The translations under genes and the position numbers were made by a program. The notes below the pieces were generated by a model, which was not told the DNA's origin, ran no database searches, and saw nothing but the letters and a program-made list of their open reading frames with translations. Positions 1-14,936 of a DNA stretch of 64,000 nucleotides are shown piece after piece. The DNA comes from Zygnema circumcarinatum SAG 698-1b (taxonomy: Eukaryota; Plantae; Zygnematophyceae): positions 62,001 through 126,000 of the forward strand of contig CM074812.1 of the NCBI GenBank assembly GCA_037447605.1, read 5' to 3'. Position 1 is the first letter of the stretch, and every line of letters begins with the position of its first letter.

Positions 1-3000
1 GTCAATGGGCCAACTTTTCCAGCACAGACAGGAGCATACAAAAGGTTCACAATTAGCCATTTTGCCATCACCACTTGCTCACGCAAGTGCATATGAAGAT
101 GAAGACCTCCGAGATACAACCATGCCAACAAATAGTGAGGTGAGGCTGAGGCTTTGAAAGACCTGCAACAACATACCTTATCCACATCTGCTGCAGCTTC
201 AATCGCACTCTCTGCCACAGGGGCCAGTGCTTCTTCTGCGCACCACATACCCCTCAAAAAGTCCATTTGTGCTTCCATTTTTCAGCAATACGTGTCATGC
301 CCTCCTTCCTTTCACCTTCCCTCCCCTCTCCATCCCTTCAGCTGTCCCACTTCTCTCTATTCCATTAGCTCTGTCATTCCCCAGCATGCAGTCTGGCTAG
401 AACGCATCCTTGATGTGAGACCATGTATGTATGTGAGGGCCCACCCGACGCATCCATGGCGGTCTCTGCCTCAGCGAAGCAGCGCAGCGCGTTGCAGAGG
501 TTGGCCACCGCCCGCGCCGCCGCTATCCGGACCTGCACCACCGCCCGGTCCTGAGGTCAGCTTCCCGCAATGGATCACCTTCAGAAACTTCCCAGAACAG
601 AATCTGTCCAACATGCAGATTGACGAAGAAGTATCGAATGCAACTCCTCTAAACTCATTTGGGAGAAGTTTTGATTTACTCGGGATTTCTTTTTGGTTCT
701 TAGCATTGGATTGTCAGGAGAGAAAAGCCAGTTTTACAGATTTTAGTGATTCTGCTTAGTGGAGACACGACCATGTTCGAGTGAAGCGTCGAGTAAACAA
801 GAGTACAGGATAAAGCTGCCTTCATGCCCTTTGTGAAAACTTAAGGTTCACCGGACGACTGACTGGGGGTCCAACAGGCCTCAGAGAAGATGGTTGAGAT
901 GTGTTAGCCATACCGAGAGTGCTGAATCTCTTTGTGCTACCACAGTTGCCCTCATCACAGAAGGTACGTGCTCAAAGCTGCGATTGCCAAACCCACGCAG
1001 GTGAATGAATCAGGTAAGCATCTCGCCAAAAACATCACCAATGAGTAATAGTTCCAATCGCCAAACAGGTGACTTATTTAGGCGGTACATCACGTCAAAA
1101 GGCTAGTGAGTTAGCTTTTTCCTCCCCTTCAAGCATTGCCAAAGCACCTAGCAGTACTCTGCAGGTCTGAACAAAGGCCCTGCCGACCTTTTCAACAGAA
1201 AGTAACGCACATCTCGACGGCTTTTGCAGAAGTTCTGCATCTCATAGGACAGACACTGCATCATCTTCTTCTAAATAAGTTCGCCTTGCCTTCTTTCGAT
1301 CACTTTGTAACAGTGCATTTTCAGGAGGCACTTCTGTCCTATCCACTTATCAATTCGGATATCTGTTTCACTCCTTTGTCCTGCAGGCTCCGCCTTTTCA
1401 CGTAGTGAAATATTTGCAATTGCATTCACCCCTGATGCAATGAAATAGGCGCATTAAATAGCGGAAGAACAGGAAGCTATGGGCCAACCTTTCTGTTGTT
1501 GGGAGAAAGTCAGCTATACATCCGAGAGCTCGGCAGGCAACGCATCGCACTGCAGAGCTTTCATCGCGCACTGCAGCATCACACTGCGACGAAGAGTGGA
1601 GTCAACACCGCTTCTTATTTCTTACAGCAAGCACTCTTGCTCAAAGGGTTTCGATACAAGGGTGCACGCAAGAGTACAAGGAATTGCGTAAAAGCAATGA
1701 GGAAGGCCAATGGAGCCCTTTCCTGGTGTGTCCTCTATGACAGCAGCCAATCTGGCCAGTTTGCAAGCAGAAACAGACATGAATCTGTCATGTTTTGCGT
1801 CGTATCATGCAGTTTCTGTGGGTGTGAACCTACAAGTTGATCGATTACATGCCGTTGCTGCTCATGCGGCAGAGCAGCGAATACGGCAGGAGTGAAGCCT
1901 GAAAAACAGTTCAAAGCAGCTCCTCGCACCTGCACCGTAGCCAGGTCCGCCTCTGAAAGCTCTGTTACCCTTAGGGTTAGATCGTACGTACTGAAGGAAT
2001 GCGGCTCTGAACTCCAGCAGAGCATGTGCTTCAACATTCGCCATGCTGCAACAGCTATGCTCATCAATGGAACGACGGTCAAGCCATTTCATGTACTGAC
2101 CGCTGCTGAAGAGCTTGAGATACCGAGGGGCAAATGCCGGTCTAAGACTTGCAGCCACTTTCTCCTCCCATCCTCGGCTTGTTCTTCCTTTAATCCATCG
2201 GCTTCTTCTCCATCTGCAGTCGCCGAGTGCTGCGTTGCAGACTGCTTATCAGTCCACCCCATATCGTCGGTGGCCTCCTGCAGATTGGATCCACAGGTAA
2301 TCCGGAGCAGCCCGTCGAGCAACTGCACATGCAGACATTTGCCAGTTGATTATCCTTGCCAATGCTGATTCCTCTGCGTTGACTTGCTCCAGAAATGAGC
2401 CACAAATAGCCAGGCTACGAAATCAAGCACGTAAACCGTTCTCGAAACATCTTGAAGTTGACGACTACCCTCAAAATCATGGACATCATCTCTCGCACTA
2501 TCTTTCTATCAGACAGTATTTAGGATCTTTCGACTGCAAGCTGGCAAGGGCTGTTCTCCACATTGGAATGCAGACTCCCAGAATCAGGCTTCCTCAGGAA
2601 AGGGGAGGGTCCACCTTCAGCACAGTGACTGCCAGTCGGCCCTCCAGATCACTCCCTCCGAGCGCCCTCTCTCTCTCTCTCCTGGCGGCACCCTGTTGGG
2701 CCCTCTCCAGCGAATGCAGGGCCCTTCCTTGCAGCTCTCCCCACATAGCCAAGACGGACTGCGGATGGCCCTGGGCGGCTTGGCGGAGAGCCTGCAATGT
2801 CCACAGTCACAAGTCTGCGTGCTGAAACAAGCATGTCTCGGATGGATGGAGTACATGGATCAATGTACCTTTCAACAGGTATATGCGGTGGTTATTCAGA
2901 CTTCACAGTTGCTGAATCAGGCTGGAGGTTAAGACACAGTATGGTCCGAAGCTGGCTAGCGATAAATAGTATGGGGAAAAACCAAAAATAGGGTAACAAA

Positions 3001-5492
3001 AAGAAAACACTCTTCATGATGTTTGAGAGCGAGGAAAAGCACACCTTGAAGGCCTCTGCAGCCACTAAGATGGGCACCGCGGGCTGCAAGCACGCCTCAA
3101 GGTCTGCCAGAACGCTGGAGAGGACGCCCTCTCCCAACCCTTCACACCCCGCCACGCATTCAGCGCAGCCTACTCCGGAAACACCTCCGGAATAAACCCT
3201 TGTACTGCCAAAGCATGCTGTAGTCAAAGCTTATTCGTGAGATTCTTTGGAGGAATAGGCAATCGTCCTTGCCCTGATGCCCCCAAGCAGTTTATACACT
3301 AGCATGTGTGCTGTGTAAACCCTCCCTCTCTGGCCATGGGAGAGTTCCGCAAACAAAGCACGCCGCTGGGTGTACCTCCAGAAGACGAGTTCACCGCAGC
3401 GGTGGGCAGCCCTCGCTCTTGACCCGCAACCCCAAGAGCAGCTCCCATGCATTGGATAGCCATGGCCTGAGGAACACCCTCGCTCCCGCCAAAATCCCAA
3501 AGAAGCATCAGAACTCTCAAATGAATCCATCTGCCAGAAAGCTCACAAGGCTTAGGTTGCTGTCCTGCAGAATCAATCAACCAAGTCCCAAGCGCTCAGA
3601 CCTGCAAAACTCTCAATTTGCAACATTTAGGATGCCTACAAACATATATTCATCTGCTGAATGTGAAGCGAACTTTGTTTTGTTCTCTCTCTGCCACTGA
3701 ATGGACCGAAAAACTAGACTATAATGTGAGAAGTCTCACCCCTAGAGTGACAGAGTCATTCGACTGCATCCCCCCAAGCACGCCCTTTAGCCTCCAATGC
3801 GCGCCGCGCAGTACTCCTGGAAGGAGATCAGCGGGAAGGCGAGCGTACCTGACTTCCACCAAACTAAGCGAGTCAGCAAAAAGGAAGGCAAAGAAGAAAG
3901 CAGCAAGAAGAAGGCAGCTGCCTTTCCTGCAGAAACCCGAGCCATTTCATGGACGGCATGCAAACGGCAATACTGGCTGTTACAAGTAAGAAGTAGGAAG
4001 TGGCACACTGCTCAATATCGGCCAATGACAAACGGAGCAAACGCCTGCCACAGCTCGGAACAGAACACTAAAGTTTTAACATCAACAAGGTACGTGTCTC
4101 CACAGACTTACAAAAGCAGAAAAGGCTTTGAGGTCTAACTGGTCAGCGAGTCTAGCATTCTGACAAAGAGAGGCTTCTTTCGGTTCAACTTGCAAAGACG
4201 GGTGAACGCAAAATGAGCTCACGGAGTAGAGGCCGTTAGCAGTGCCAACCCTCGCAACGCAGCATACAGTGTGGGCATATGAAGCTCCTTAGCCATCACA
4301 TGCAGAAGCCCTGCTCACACATAAGCCTGACGCTTTAGAAAACTTTATCACGCCGGATGACGTGTATTGACCACATGAACCCGCTAAGGACCTATGTGCG
4401 TGGAAGTAAAACCTGTAGACATTTGACGTTCAAATTGGGCTCCATTTCCAGCATGTCTGTATGCAAATGAGCAAGCTGCTGGCAATATCTTGAGAACATT
4501 CATGACAAGGGAATTCGGTGCCCACCTTTATGCAGCTGCACCAGAATGAGCCCAATCGTCCCGGACAAGGGAATGAAGGCTCCAAGGCGAAGGGAAGGTT
4601 TGCTGAGGTCTGCCAGCTGCAGGAATGGCCGGAGAGGTCCTTCCAGCATGTCTGCAAACGCATTCGCCGCCGCCAACCGCGCCTGCAGAGAGTAAGGGGC
4701 ATCCCCCTCTCAGGATTAAGAGTGGTCCAGGTTCAAAACCAAGAGAGAATCTCGGCTAGCTTACTAGGGATAAAAAAACTACTCACTTGGTTTTGATCCT
4801 TACTGTCTTCGAAGGGAAAGGACAATAGGAAAGTTACGGCTTACCCTTGGTATTGGATCGAATAACATCACCGATAAGATAGTGGGCTCTGCCCGCCTGT
4901 ACGAACCCATAGTCACCCCACGTGACAGTTGAACATCATAATCTGCAATTCCTGGCAATGCCTTTCCTGCCTTCCACGGAGAATTACATTCGCGAAGTTC
5001 CACCCTACTAACCAAACTTGCTAACTTCACTTCAGTTGCTAAGACGGGACGACATGTACTTGTATGGCAAAGCACAACCAAGTGTGCCGTATACCTTCTA
5101 CTCTTGGAATCTTTGGAATGCTGCACCTAAGCTGTGTAATGTAAGCCACATCAACATATGCGTACCGCACTTTCACTGAAAATATTGGTCTTCTCAACAG
5201 TGGTCGCACAACTTGCATTGACATTTAAAGATGGCAGAAGGTCAAGTCTCACTGAGTTTGAAGGAAAACATCGTGAGTTGGAAGTAGGTCTGGCCAGTGC
5301 GCATGCAGTGACTTCGGATCTGCCTGCGCCATAGCCTGCAGCCACGGGGGATGGGACTTGAGGCTGCCATAAGGAGGCGACTCACAGCACATCACAACAC
5401 GGGCACATTACAACACAACAAAAGGCGTTCTCACCCATGAAGAGGGAACACGACATGGTCTCACCACAGACAGCCGAGTAAGCCTCTCTCCT

Positions 5493-5537
<45 letters not shown>

Positions 5538-8500
5538 CTTCTCAGAAGCATACAATAGCTGCCCAAAACGATTATTGGTTAGTTTGATCCCCAACGCTTG
5601 AGCAGCAAGCGTGCTTGCTCGTTCTTCGTGCAGGAAGCATGAACTCTCATCTCAGACGAACCGAACCGTTTTCACCAAAGGAGGCGGCCAAACCATTCTA
5701 ACTAACCTGAACACACAACAGTGAGTTTATTCGGGCCTTTGAGCTGTTGACACCTCCTCCGTCTCCTTCCTGATCACTCTGATCCGATTCAGATGACCAG
5801 CCAAGCTGATGCCCCTTCTCCCACGGGCTGTCGCCGATGTGATTCTTGTAACCACCGAAGTTTCTTCGTTGTTCAACTTTGTCTCCAGCATCTCGGCTAG
5901 TCTGTTTTCTCAAATGAGGTGGCCTATATGTACGTGCGCTGGGAGTTGCTGTTGCTGTTGGGCTTATCCCCGGAGCCTGAGCTTTCCCAGCAGCAGCTTG
6001 ATGAAAAGTTCTACTGAAACTGTTGCTCTGTGGACTTGAGATTCCATATCCGAAGAAGCGACGGACACTCGAGATTAAAGTTGGGACCTGAAGCAATTTC
6101 TCCACATTCGTGTCTCAGCAAGTGCCACAGATGTACTCAGCCTCTCCCTTTCAGCGTTGCATGCAGAAAACTTCCCCCAATACGCAGATTTAGCCAAACT
6201 TAAAGCTGGGGGGGCAGCTGACCTGCGGAAGTGCCAGCTTAGGGTTTGCTAAGAGCAGAAGGTAAAGACAGCGGAGGACTGCACAGTACAGCCTGCAGTC
6301 ATGGACAACTCCATTAAGGCTAATTGCACTCATACAGCAAATCAGTGCAAAACAAACACAGAAAACTGCAAATAGCCTAAATGTGCTTGGGCATGCTTTG
6401 TCCTCTACTGAGGAACATCGTCTATCAGATCCTTGAGCTTCGTTTGACCAGCACCACTCAAGATTTAGTACACATTTGAAGAATAAATTCTGGCTACCCC
6501 ATGTGCTTATGCTGGCTCAATAAGTTGCATAACATACACATTGGGCAGCCTCTTTACACTTTCGCATGCCAATAAGAAATTCCAAATGCGGTAACCGAAG
6601 AAGTAGGCCCACCTAGATGAGGCAGCATCCAGGACAAGAGGAACGGAGACGGATGCGAGGGGGTCCAACAGCTGCCTTACTGCCTGTGCCCCAAGTTCAC
6701 ACCTCGACTATCGGCAAATGGAAAACATGATGTTGCACAGAACCTGGCAAAAGTGCGAGCCGGAAATGAATAAACTTTATAATACTCGTGCAAAATAGGC
6801 TAAAAAAGGGAAGTCTAATTTTTTAACGAGATCATTCTCTTGGTCCATGAAATTCCTTGTCCACATACATGCACAAAGTCCAATGCAGCAGTCGCTTTAA
6901 CCAAATGCACCTGAATGTCAAGGCAGGCTGTACATTCGTTTTTCTTTTGCAGAGGAAAAAAGTCATAAACCTTGTGTTGACGATACATGGATCATTTTCC
7001 TGACAATACACGGGTTTCATTGTGCTCTTCTGCTCGTCTGAAACAAACTCTATTGGAGCTTATACTGGATAGAGAATGCCTGTCATTTCCGTTCACGGCC
7101 CATATGCAATTACAAATATAGTTGCCCTTTTTGTCATGCACGCAGTTGGCGTCTGATATATATGCAGAAGCGTGTTCCAAAAAGTTATGATTCGGGAATT
7201 AGCGACAGCGGTAGGAAAAGTGACTCACGGCAAGGATTATGGAGTGATGGTCAGGGGTGAGCGTTGAGCCAGAGCTGCTGAGAAAACTGACTAGGGCTGT
7301 GAAGACCAGAGTGAGGGCCTCCAAAAACTCCTCTCTCTTCCACTCTTTGCTATCCATCTCTTCGTCCAAACGAACACGTTCAACTGACTGCTGAAAGCCT
7401 TCGACATTCCTCCTCCGAGGCTCAGGCCGTATAGCAGAAAGTGGCACAAGGTGGTACAAAATTGCTGTAACTTCGTTGGCTGGCAACACGGGAGAGTTGT
7501 CATGAAGCAGTTGGCTGTTCTGCCAGGAAGGACACAAAGAACCTTAGCCACGAATTTCTTAATGCGGCTCCAAGAATTGTTATGTAATTCTTTATGACTA
7601 AGCATGGCTTGGCAGCTTTCTTGATGCTTGTGCAAATCTGATACCTCGGGGTGAACTTTCCGTAGTATGACACCTTTGCCTGGCTGTTCAGAAATCAGTG
7701 CCTTCCGAGTTGTAATCATAACAAACCATTTATATCGAGTACGTCTGCAATCTTTTGAATCCTAAACAATGCTTTGTGGGTCCGCTTGCACAATATTTTT
7801 ATCATAAAGGCTTTGGCTTGAAATTAGACCAAGAGAAGTCAGGCGTGAGTACACGCACCAAAGAGCTCGTAAGGCTTTCAACATGATCAGCCTCTCTGAA
7901 GGTTCAAATTCTGTTGCTGGCACTGCGCCGTAGAGATTAGCTAGAGTAAAGTTGTTATTTTCAAACAAACCCTCGGGAGGACGAGGAAGAAGAAAGCGAA
8001 TGAAGGATGTAATTGCTAGAAACTCTTCTGAAGAAGTGGGCAACCGAATGCGAGAGGTGACCTCTGCGATCTGCAGACCAAAATTGCGGTGGCATGGCCC
8101 AGAGTATAAGTAAATTTAGGGTGCATAAGGCCATGCAAAAAAAGTGGATTGGAGTTGAGTTGTTCCAAATGGACGTGCTGTGTACGCGCTGCTTGATCCT
8201 GGGAATGCTCACCAGGTCGCACGTGCGATGGCATGCTTGCCTAAGGTATTGCTGTTGTAAAGCATCTCTTGGTTCCTTTTCCAATTCAACCACTAATTCC
8301 GTCAATGCCATAATGCCTGAAACAACCTGCAGAACGAGCAAAATAGCCTCCTGTTACAATTTTCTTACAACCGTACATTATACGCGAGGATGGAGTGGCA
8401 ACGTGCACCAAATAACGTCCTAAAACTGCGGAAACCAGCGAGATACACGCAGTGCGCACTATCGTGTACCTGGTGAGTAGGCAAATGTTCAGCAGCACCT

Positions 8501-8667
8501 GCAAGAGCAGCCAAATCTTCCGCTATGGTTGCAGCATTGTGACATCTACTGTCATCATTAGTTTCTGTCAAGGCATGCAAGGAAGTGCAAGCCTTGTCCC
8601 ATGCCTCTGCTATGCGGGCACTTTCCCTTTCCCCTATCGCCTGCCGAGGTCGCCGAGAGGGCGCCAT
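1..8667 (-). CDS. HEATR6: HEAT repeat-containing protein 6-like (DUF4042), multi-exon, 3' end beyond window
   Basis: ATG at 8667 in a gccATGg context. Spliced exons give SSESDQSDQEG...SSKARINSLLCVQ / AMAQADPKSLHAHWPDLLPTHDV (DUF4042-type), VRIAAARAVANLCNAL and AAADVDK|, with GT-AG boundaries. The last visible coding exon ends at about 177. Confidence 0.8.
5480..5535. repeat. (CT)n microsatellite, intronic
   Basis: Direct CT dinucleotide run. Confidence 0.95.
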
Positions 8668-9322
8668 GGCGGGGCGAGCACCGCCGAAACCGAACTCGTC
8701 TTCCGCAGCCCGCGGCCCTGCATTCGCCCTCCACAGTCCGCCGCTGCGCCAGCGCGGTCAGCTGTGCAGTAATTCGCAGCTCCACATGATTATTTGCACC
8801 AGAAATCGCCTCACAACACAAAGCATTCGAGGCCGCCTGCTTGCAACGGCATAGAACCCTCCATGGTGCGGCTCCTCCACTGTCTCCGCATGAGCTCACA
8901 CAAGCTAACGAGTAGTTAGGGGAATATTAAAATGGTGTGACTATTAGCTGATCGTTTCCTGTCACAATGATGCTCCCATTTGCTGCAAAGAACGGCACAA
9001 TGGCCTCTTTCAGATCCAAATTGTAATTCTTGCTCACACCCGTAAAAGTGGTATTTGAATAGGCACTTCCTGTCTCCTTTGAAAGTCTACGTCGTCGTTT
9101 CTTGAGCTACTTCTATCAAGCACTGCCCCACTTGCCAAGGACGTCTTTAACCAATTGACGTTATGACTGCACAACCCAGTATGTGTTCCACGTATGGTGT
9201 CCGCATTGCTCGCTTCCATTTCGTCATTTTTTCACCTTGTTTCCTGTATACATCTGTCACTGCCGGTGCCTTCGAACTCGAGGCCGTCTGTCCTGCATGT
9301 GGCTTTTTTTTTGCCACATTTT

Positions 9323-12300
9323 GGACCTACTGAAAGACGAGATCTCCTACACGAGATTACTGCTCGTGTTCTATGTTGACTTGGCGAGGGCCATGCCTCC
9401 GGCTTTTAATTCAAATAAGGACACTCAGCCGATGAGCTGATACCGTGTTTGGTGTTGAAAGGTCAGGTAGAAAGCGATGCGGAATTCCACAGGCTCGCAG
9501 AGAAGCTGGAGACAACCAATACGCAATTATGGAAGGTGACTATTTGTGCTCCATGTTGGGCTTTGTAATTGCTAACAAGCGCCATATAAAAATACATCAT
9601 TTCCTATTTTTGCAAGCTACAATGGGTATGCTTTCTCCCGTTGAGAATGAATGGCTAAGGTAAAATGTACGAGGGAAGCAGGCAGAGGAGCAGGTGGCAT
9701 TGTCGAGGAAGGCGGCAGAGACTGCAAGCCTTGAGCGTGACGCTGCAATCGCGGCAAAGGTGGGCAGTCTCAGTCAGAAGCTCCAACTTGGCTATAACAA
9801 ATGATCTCGCAAGGCTTTCCTACACTCAAACTTTACGTTTCGTCGCACTGTTGTCTCTCGTTAAGGGCCGGGGAAAGTGGGAGGGCAAAATTCTCATGTG
9901 TGCGGCCGGACCCTCAAGCTTTCGGTGATTACTCGATTGTTTTGTGAGGTTTTTTTTTTCGGTTTACGACGTTTTCCCACCTTTTGCATGAGACGGGTTC
10001 TCTGTCGAGGAACTCATGGATACATCGCTTAATCCAATGCACACCGACTCTCTGTGCAGAGCCATGTATTCATTGACTTCCTTTAGGTGGTCTCTCCTGT
10101 GCAATCCACTGAAGTTGATTTGTTTTGTGAACAGGAAAGCTTGGCAGCACAACTTCGGATGGTCAAGAATAAGCTGAGGGAGACAGAGGAAGAGCTTTAT
10201 CGAGTAAGTAGATTGATATCAGAGTGGCCTTAGCAGCTAGCCCACTTAGCGACTATGCTGCCTCCACGTCCATCCGGGTACCATTGAGCCTTTTGGAAAA
10301 AACTTCAGTAGTCAACCGGCAATCTCCATGCTACTGTCCACTTACGTGTGTCTTTGTACCACCTCACGGATGCAAACCACCGCTGTTCGGTTTTTTTCTC
10401 ATTTCCATGGAAAATGGTCCTGTATCTAGACAGTGATCAATAGTGATATTTCCACTCGATTGATGGAGAGCTGCTTGGCAGGCCGAGGAAGACATGGCCG
10501 CCCTGCGGGCGGAGCTGCGGGCCGTCCACGTGTCAGGCGAGAAGGCGAGTTCCGACCCGTCCGGAGCTTCTTCTGAACAACTCCGCTTGGCAGAGCAGGA
10601 GCGAGATGCTGCCAAGGGAGATCTGCAGGTGAAATTTTCCAGCCTTCTCGTTTTTGGTTTGTTCTTGTTTATGCGTTTTTTTTTTCTATGTGTGTTTGAC
10701 AGACTTGGTGCTTTGTGCATCTCGCTTCTGAGCCTTCTCCTTCAGTTCGAGGACGGTAATCTTATATTCGTTCATTTATAACTTGAGCCTTCGACAAAGA
10801 AAAAACGATTTTTTGTGTGCTCGTTACAGACCTTTGCATCCATGTTGACTATGTTGCGGATGCGCATGCCGAGCATTGAGCCATCGCCGGACATCTATTG
10901 CAGGAAGCGCATCGTGTTCTGCAACTTGAGCAGAAACAAGCAGCCATGGAGCGGCAAAGGGCAGCCGCGTTGCAATCAGAAAAAGACGAGCTTGAACAAG
11001 CCCTCCTTGCAGCTCGTGAAAAACTTCGTGTATGTAGCTCTTTGCCGAATCTTGTTGACCTCAACTCTTGTTTGGAGGCAGATGCTCCCTCCGGACCCGT
11101 ACCTCTTTCAGTGATTGCATTGGGTTTTTTGGCTGTCTGAGTGTAACTCCTCGCTGCGGGTGAAGCCATTCAGGAGCGCTCGCAGCTTTTGGAGAAGTCC
11201 TCAGACGCTGCATCCCCTTCAAACGGGGCGGCTCAGCAAGCCAGTCTGGATACTGTGGAGCAGGTGAGATGCACAAAGCAAACATGCTTACAAGAAGACT
11301 ACTCGCTTGAACCTTTCCAAGACAATTCAGCTACTTAACAATTGTTGATGTCTGTCTGATCCACAGTAAAATTACGGAGATTTACATAGAGTACGTAGCC
11401 GGTTGTATAAGAAGACAAATCTTTCTATGAACTCGGAAACTAAATTTTTTTGAGTTGGAAATAGGATTTTAGTAGGTTAGGGTCGTCAAATTTTGGAATG
11501 GAGTCGTAGTAACGACTGCGATTTAACATGCACTGCTCTGCTTGCCAGGCCACTACATCCTCCGCTGCTCCCATAGCCTCAGAGAAAGTGGAGGAAACTC
11601 CAACACTTGAGCAGGTTTGCATGCCTAACTTACTTGCAGTTTTTGGTCAATATTTGAAAGTCATTGGCGCCTATCTTGTGAATGACTACATGTGACAAAT
11701 ACTCGAACTTTATTAGTCTGCCCAAGGCTACGCATAGCATTAGGTTAAACTCTGACCACTATAGCAGGGCCTTTGACTGCTGGCATCGAGGTCTTCGTGC
11801 CTGCATTGCTTGCACTTCGACTGCATATCAGTCTGCATCTGTTGATAAGTGGCATTCCTGGGGACTGAAACCAATAGAAACCTGTGGAGCCAGAATACGT
11901 ATCATAGCCTTATTTTGCTAGCATGCTACGAGGACATGCCTTGTGGACATGACTTCGCATGGAAACTGTGTGGTGGCTCCATGACTTGTCAGGAAGAGGA
12001 TAAAGCGAAGAAGCCGGAGTCCTTGGAAAAGGAGCAGGAGAAGGGGCCGGCGGGTGGCAGCAGGCAGGAGGCGCACGTGCGGCAGCTCCTCGCGGCGGTG
12101 GAGCGATTGGACAAGGGCCGCGAGAAGCTTCTCGCAGAGGTCTGCAATTGGCCGGCCTTACCCGGAAAAAAAAACAAATAAAAAAAATATAAAAATAAAA
12201 AATAACAATAAACAGATAAAAAACAGAAAACAGATACAGAAACAGATAGACTCGCAAATCAGTGCCAGCCAGTTCCTCGTTCACAGCAGAAATTCCGCCA

Positions 12301-14065
12301 AAACTGAAGCAGCCAAGCACAGCTCCTGGACCTATCAGCAGTCTGCAGCCGCCGGGTTTTCTTTTGTGCATAAATGGCATAAAATGCACTTCTTGGTGCA
12401 TTTCGAGAGTGTGAAGTTTGTATAGTTGAATTGGTGTGGCTGTCATCTAGCCTCGCAATGTCGATAGGCCCTCGTAAGAATTTTTTGACAGCTTATCCAT
12501 TCTTGGTGAACGTGAATGTGGTAGTTTAGCGGAGTCTTGGATTTCCCATGGAGAACTATTTGCTGCTCAGTTTGATACTATGTCACTCTTGTTGTCGACC
12601 TTCATTTTTCTACCTGTGCTTTCGGTTTTCAACTGCCTTTGAAGTCATTGTTGACTAATACTGCAAACCCAGTGCTAACGTTTGGTAAGCGATCGTACAT
12701 CATGCAGCCTATTCGCTACAATCGTTTTATTTCTCTTTTTCTTGTGTGCATGGCAGGTTGACGCGCAGTCCTTGCAGATTGAACGTCTGTACAGCGAGAA
12801 CGCCGGCTTGTCGGCCGGCCTGCAGGAGCTCGCGGAGATATCTGTCAGTTGGGAGGTTCAGGTTCGTGCATCTCACAGGTCATCTGCACTCGACTTGCTG
12901 CCGCAGAGCTCATCTGCGTGTTCGTCGAGAGTCTCACTCGTTCGTAGGAAAATATGTCAGAACTGTATGTGGAGCAAAGTTTTTGCGAATTGTCTGAGAT
13001 TTACGATTATGGAATGGTTAATTAAGTTGCTCTCGGGTACAATTGACGAAGCATGTGTTCTGATAAGGGATATAATGGTATTGACTGGTCTGAACGGGGT
13101 CTGCAGATGCGTGAAGCTTCAAGAGAAAGCATGGAGTTACGAGCTGAACTCGCAGTGTTGAGGGCAGAACACGCCCAGCAGCTGCGCCGGGAGGTTGCAA
13201 CCCCGGGAAATAGAGGAGAAGGATCACCTAACGCAGGGCAGGACGGAACTGGCAGTCAGAATGACTGCGATGATGACTCTTTGCAGCGATTGAAGCGGGA
13301 AAATATCCAGCTTCAAGTAAGGGAATCACATTGCAGATCGAATGTTTGTATTTACTGTTTCAGCTGCTTCTGCTTTTGTTTGAGAAGAAATGTCCCATCC
13401 GGAGGGCAGGATCAGTGGAGATTTCAACTTGAGTGTGTAGTGCTGACATTCTTCTTCTTCTCATCCCCTATTATGTTGAATTTAGTTGACTCATGACTCT
13501 CTGCAATGGTTGTTGCATTGGGGGGTCAGATTGAACTAGGAAATTTGAAGACGCAGTGTGAATCATTGGCTGGTCGCAATGAGCAGCTCGTAGCCGACTA
13601 CACGCGCTGCCTGCAGAGGCTCAGTAAACTTAGCATGCTGTAAGTCGCCCCATCCTGTTCCAAACTCTGTTGGAATCCTCGCGATATGTGTGAAATACTC
13701 GGACTCTTTTGAGCTGCGCGTAGCTTTCCATGTATAGCACACTCTGTGAGGTCCTGATTAGTTCGAGTTCATGATTTCACTTCATATTTCAGCTTTCTGG
13801 TTAGGCAAAGATGAAGGAGAGCACAATGGATTAGTAGTCCAGCGTCTGGTAGAATGCACCTTTCGGTAGTTTGATTCTAAGAGAGCCTTTTGCTTGTCAT
13901 CGCTACAAAGCAAAGCATTCCCCTCCAGGGCGTGGCAGACTGCGGCTGATGCGGGAAGTGCGCGTCATGGGGTCGGGGGGGGGCAGCTACAAGCGGATCC
14001 TCGGCGGGGTGGTGAACAAGCTAAAGCTGATTCGCCAGGAGAACTCCCTCCTGGCTGTTCGCTAG
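9323..14065 (+). CDS. Plant coiled-coil ('myosin heavy chain-like') protein, multi-exon; 5' end unresolved (probably 8860-9320)
   Basis: Spliced exons read ESLAAQLRMVKNKLRETEEELYR|AEEDMAALRAELR, VRQLLAAVERLDKGREKLLAE|VDAQSLQIERLYSENAGLSAGLQELAEISVSWEVQ, with C-terminus YKRILGGVVNKLKLIRQENSLLAVR*. This resembles the Arabidopsis At5g59210 family as I recall it. Confidence 0.7.
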
Positions 14066-14936
14066 GCACCAGGAAAAGAGGGGGTTGGCGCTGCACTGCC
14101 TCTGCCAGTCCGTTCCATGCGAGGAAGCAACAAATGGGATCGACAGTGGGGTTGGCACTCCAGCACTTTCTATCTCTGGGGGGGGTTTCAAACGTATCTT
14201 ACTTTCTTTCACTATTCAGCATGCATATTGCATATTGCTGTGATTGGTTTTGGATGCCCACGACGAGGACGAATAGGTCGGTGGCCAGCGCGGCCGCTTT
14301 GGGTTTCAATTGGGTTGGGGATTAGTGGATCTAAACCACGACCAGAGCGCATTTTATTGGGCAAGCGTCTGCTTTTCATGATCCGATCCGTCATTAGACG
14401 AGAGGCTCCACATTTTCACCGTAAAAATAACATCCACAGCAATTGCAACAAGGTCCACCTAACATGTAAACAGTGGTTTCAAGGTAGCTCTGTTCTGAGT
14501 CCTGCTGCCACGACTCAACAGTAACGCCAGCGCTGGCTAACAAGTTGGTGGCGAGGCTCGTGCCATGCGGCACTACGAGCCGCAGCAAATAACGGTCCTT
14601 CCAGAGGAAAGAGGCGGAACTTTTACTGGCCACTACTGCATAACTTTTCAACGGCAATCCTATAGCGATAATAATGACACCTATAGCCGCCTAAAACTAA
14701 CAGAGCCCGCCTAACTAATTGAAACAAATTGAGCTAATTTTCCGTGGATCGCATACTTACAGAGCACCTACATATTTAATAGAAAACTTAGCTGAAGGAC
14801 ACAACGGATCAGCCTATACAGCGCTACGCTTTGTTTGTAAAATCCTAAGTTCGCAGGCAGATTGAGCACTTTAAACGTGTCCAGATGAACACCAAAGTGA
14901 TGAGCACCGCCGACTGAGTTTTGCGGAGCCGTGGGC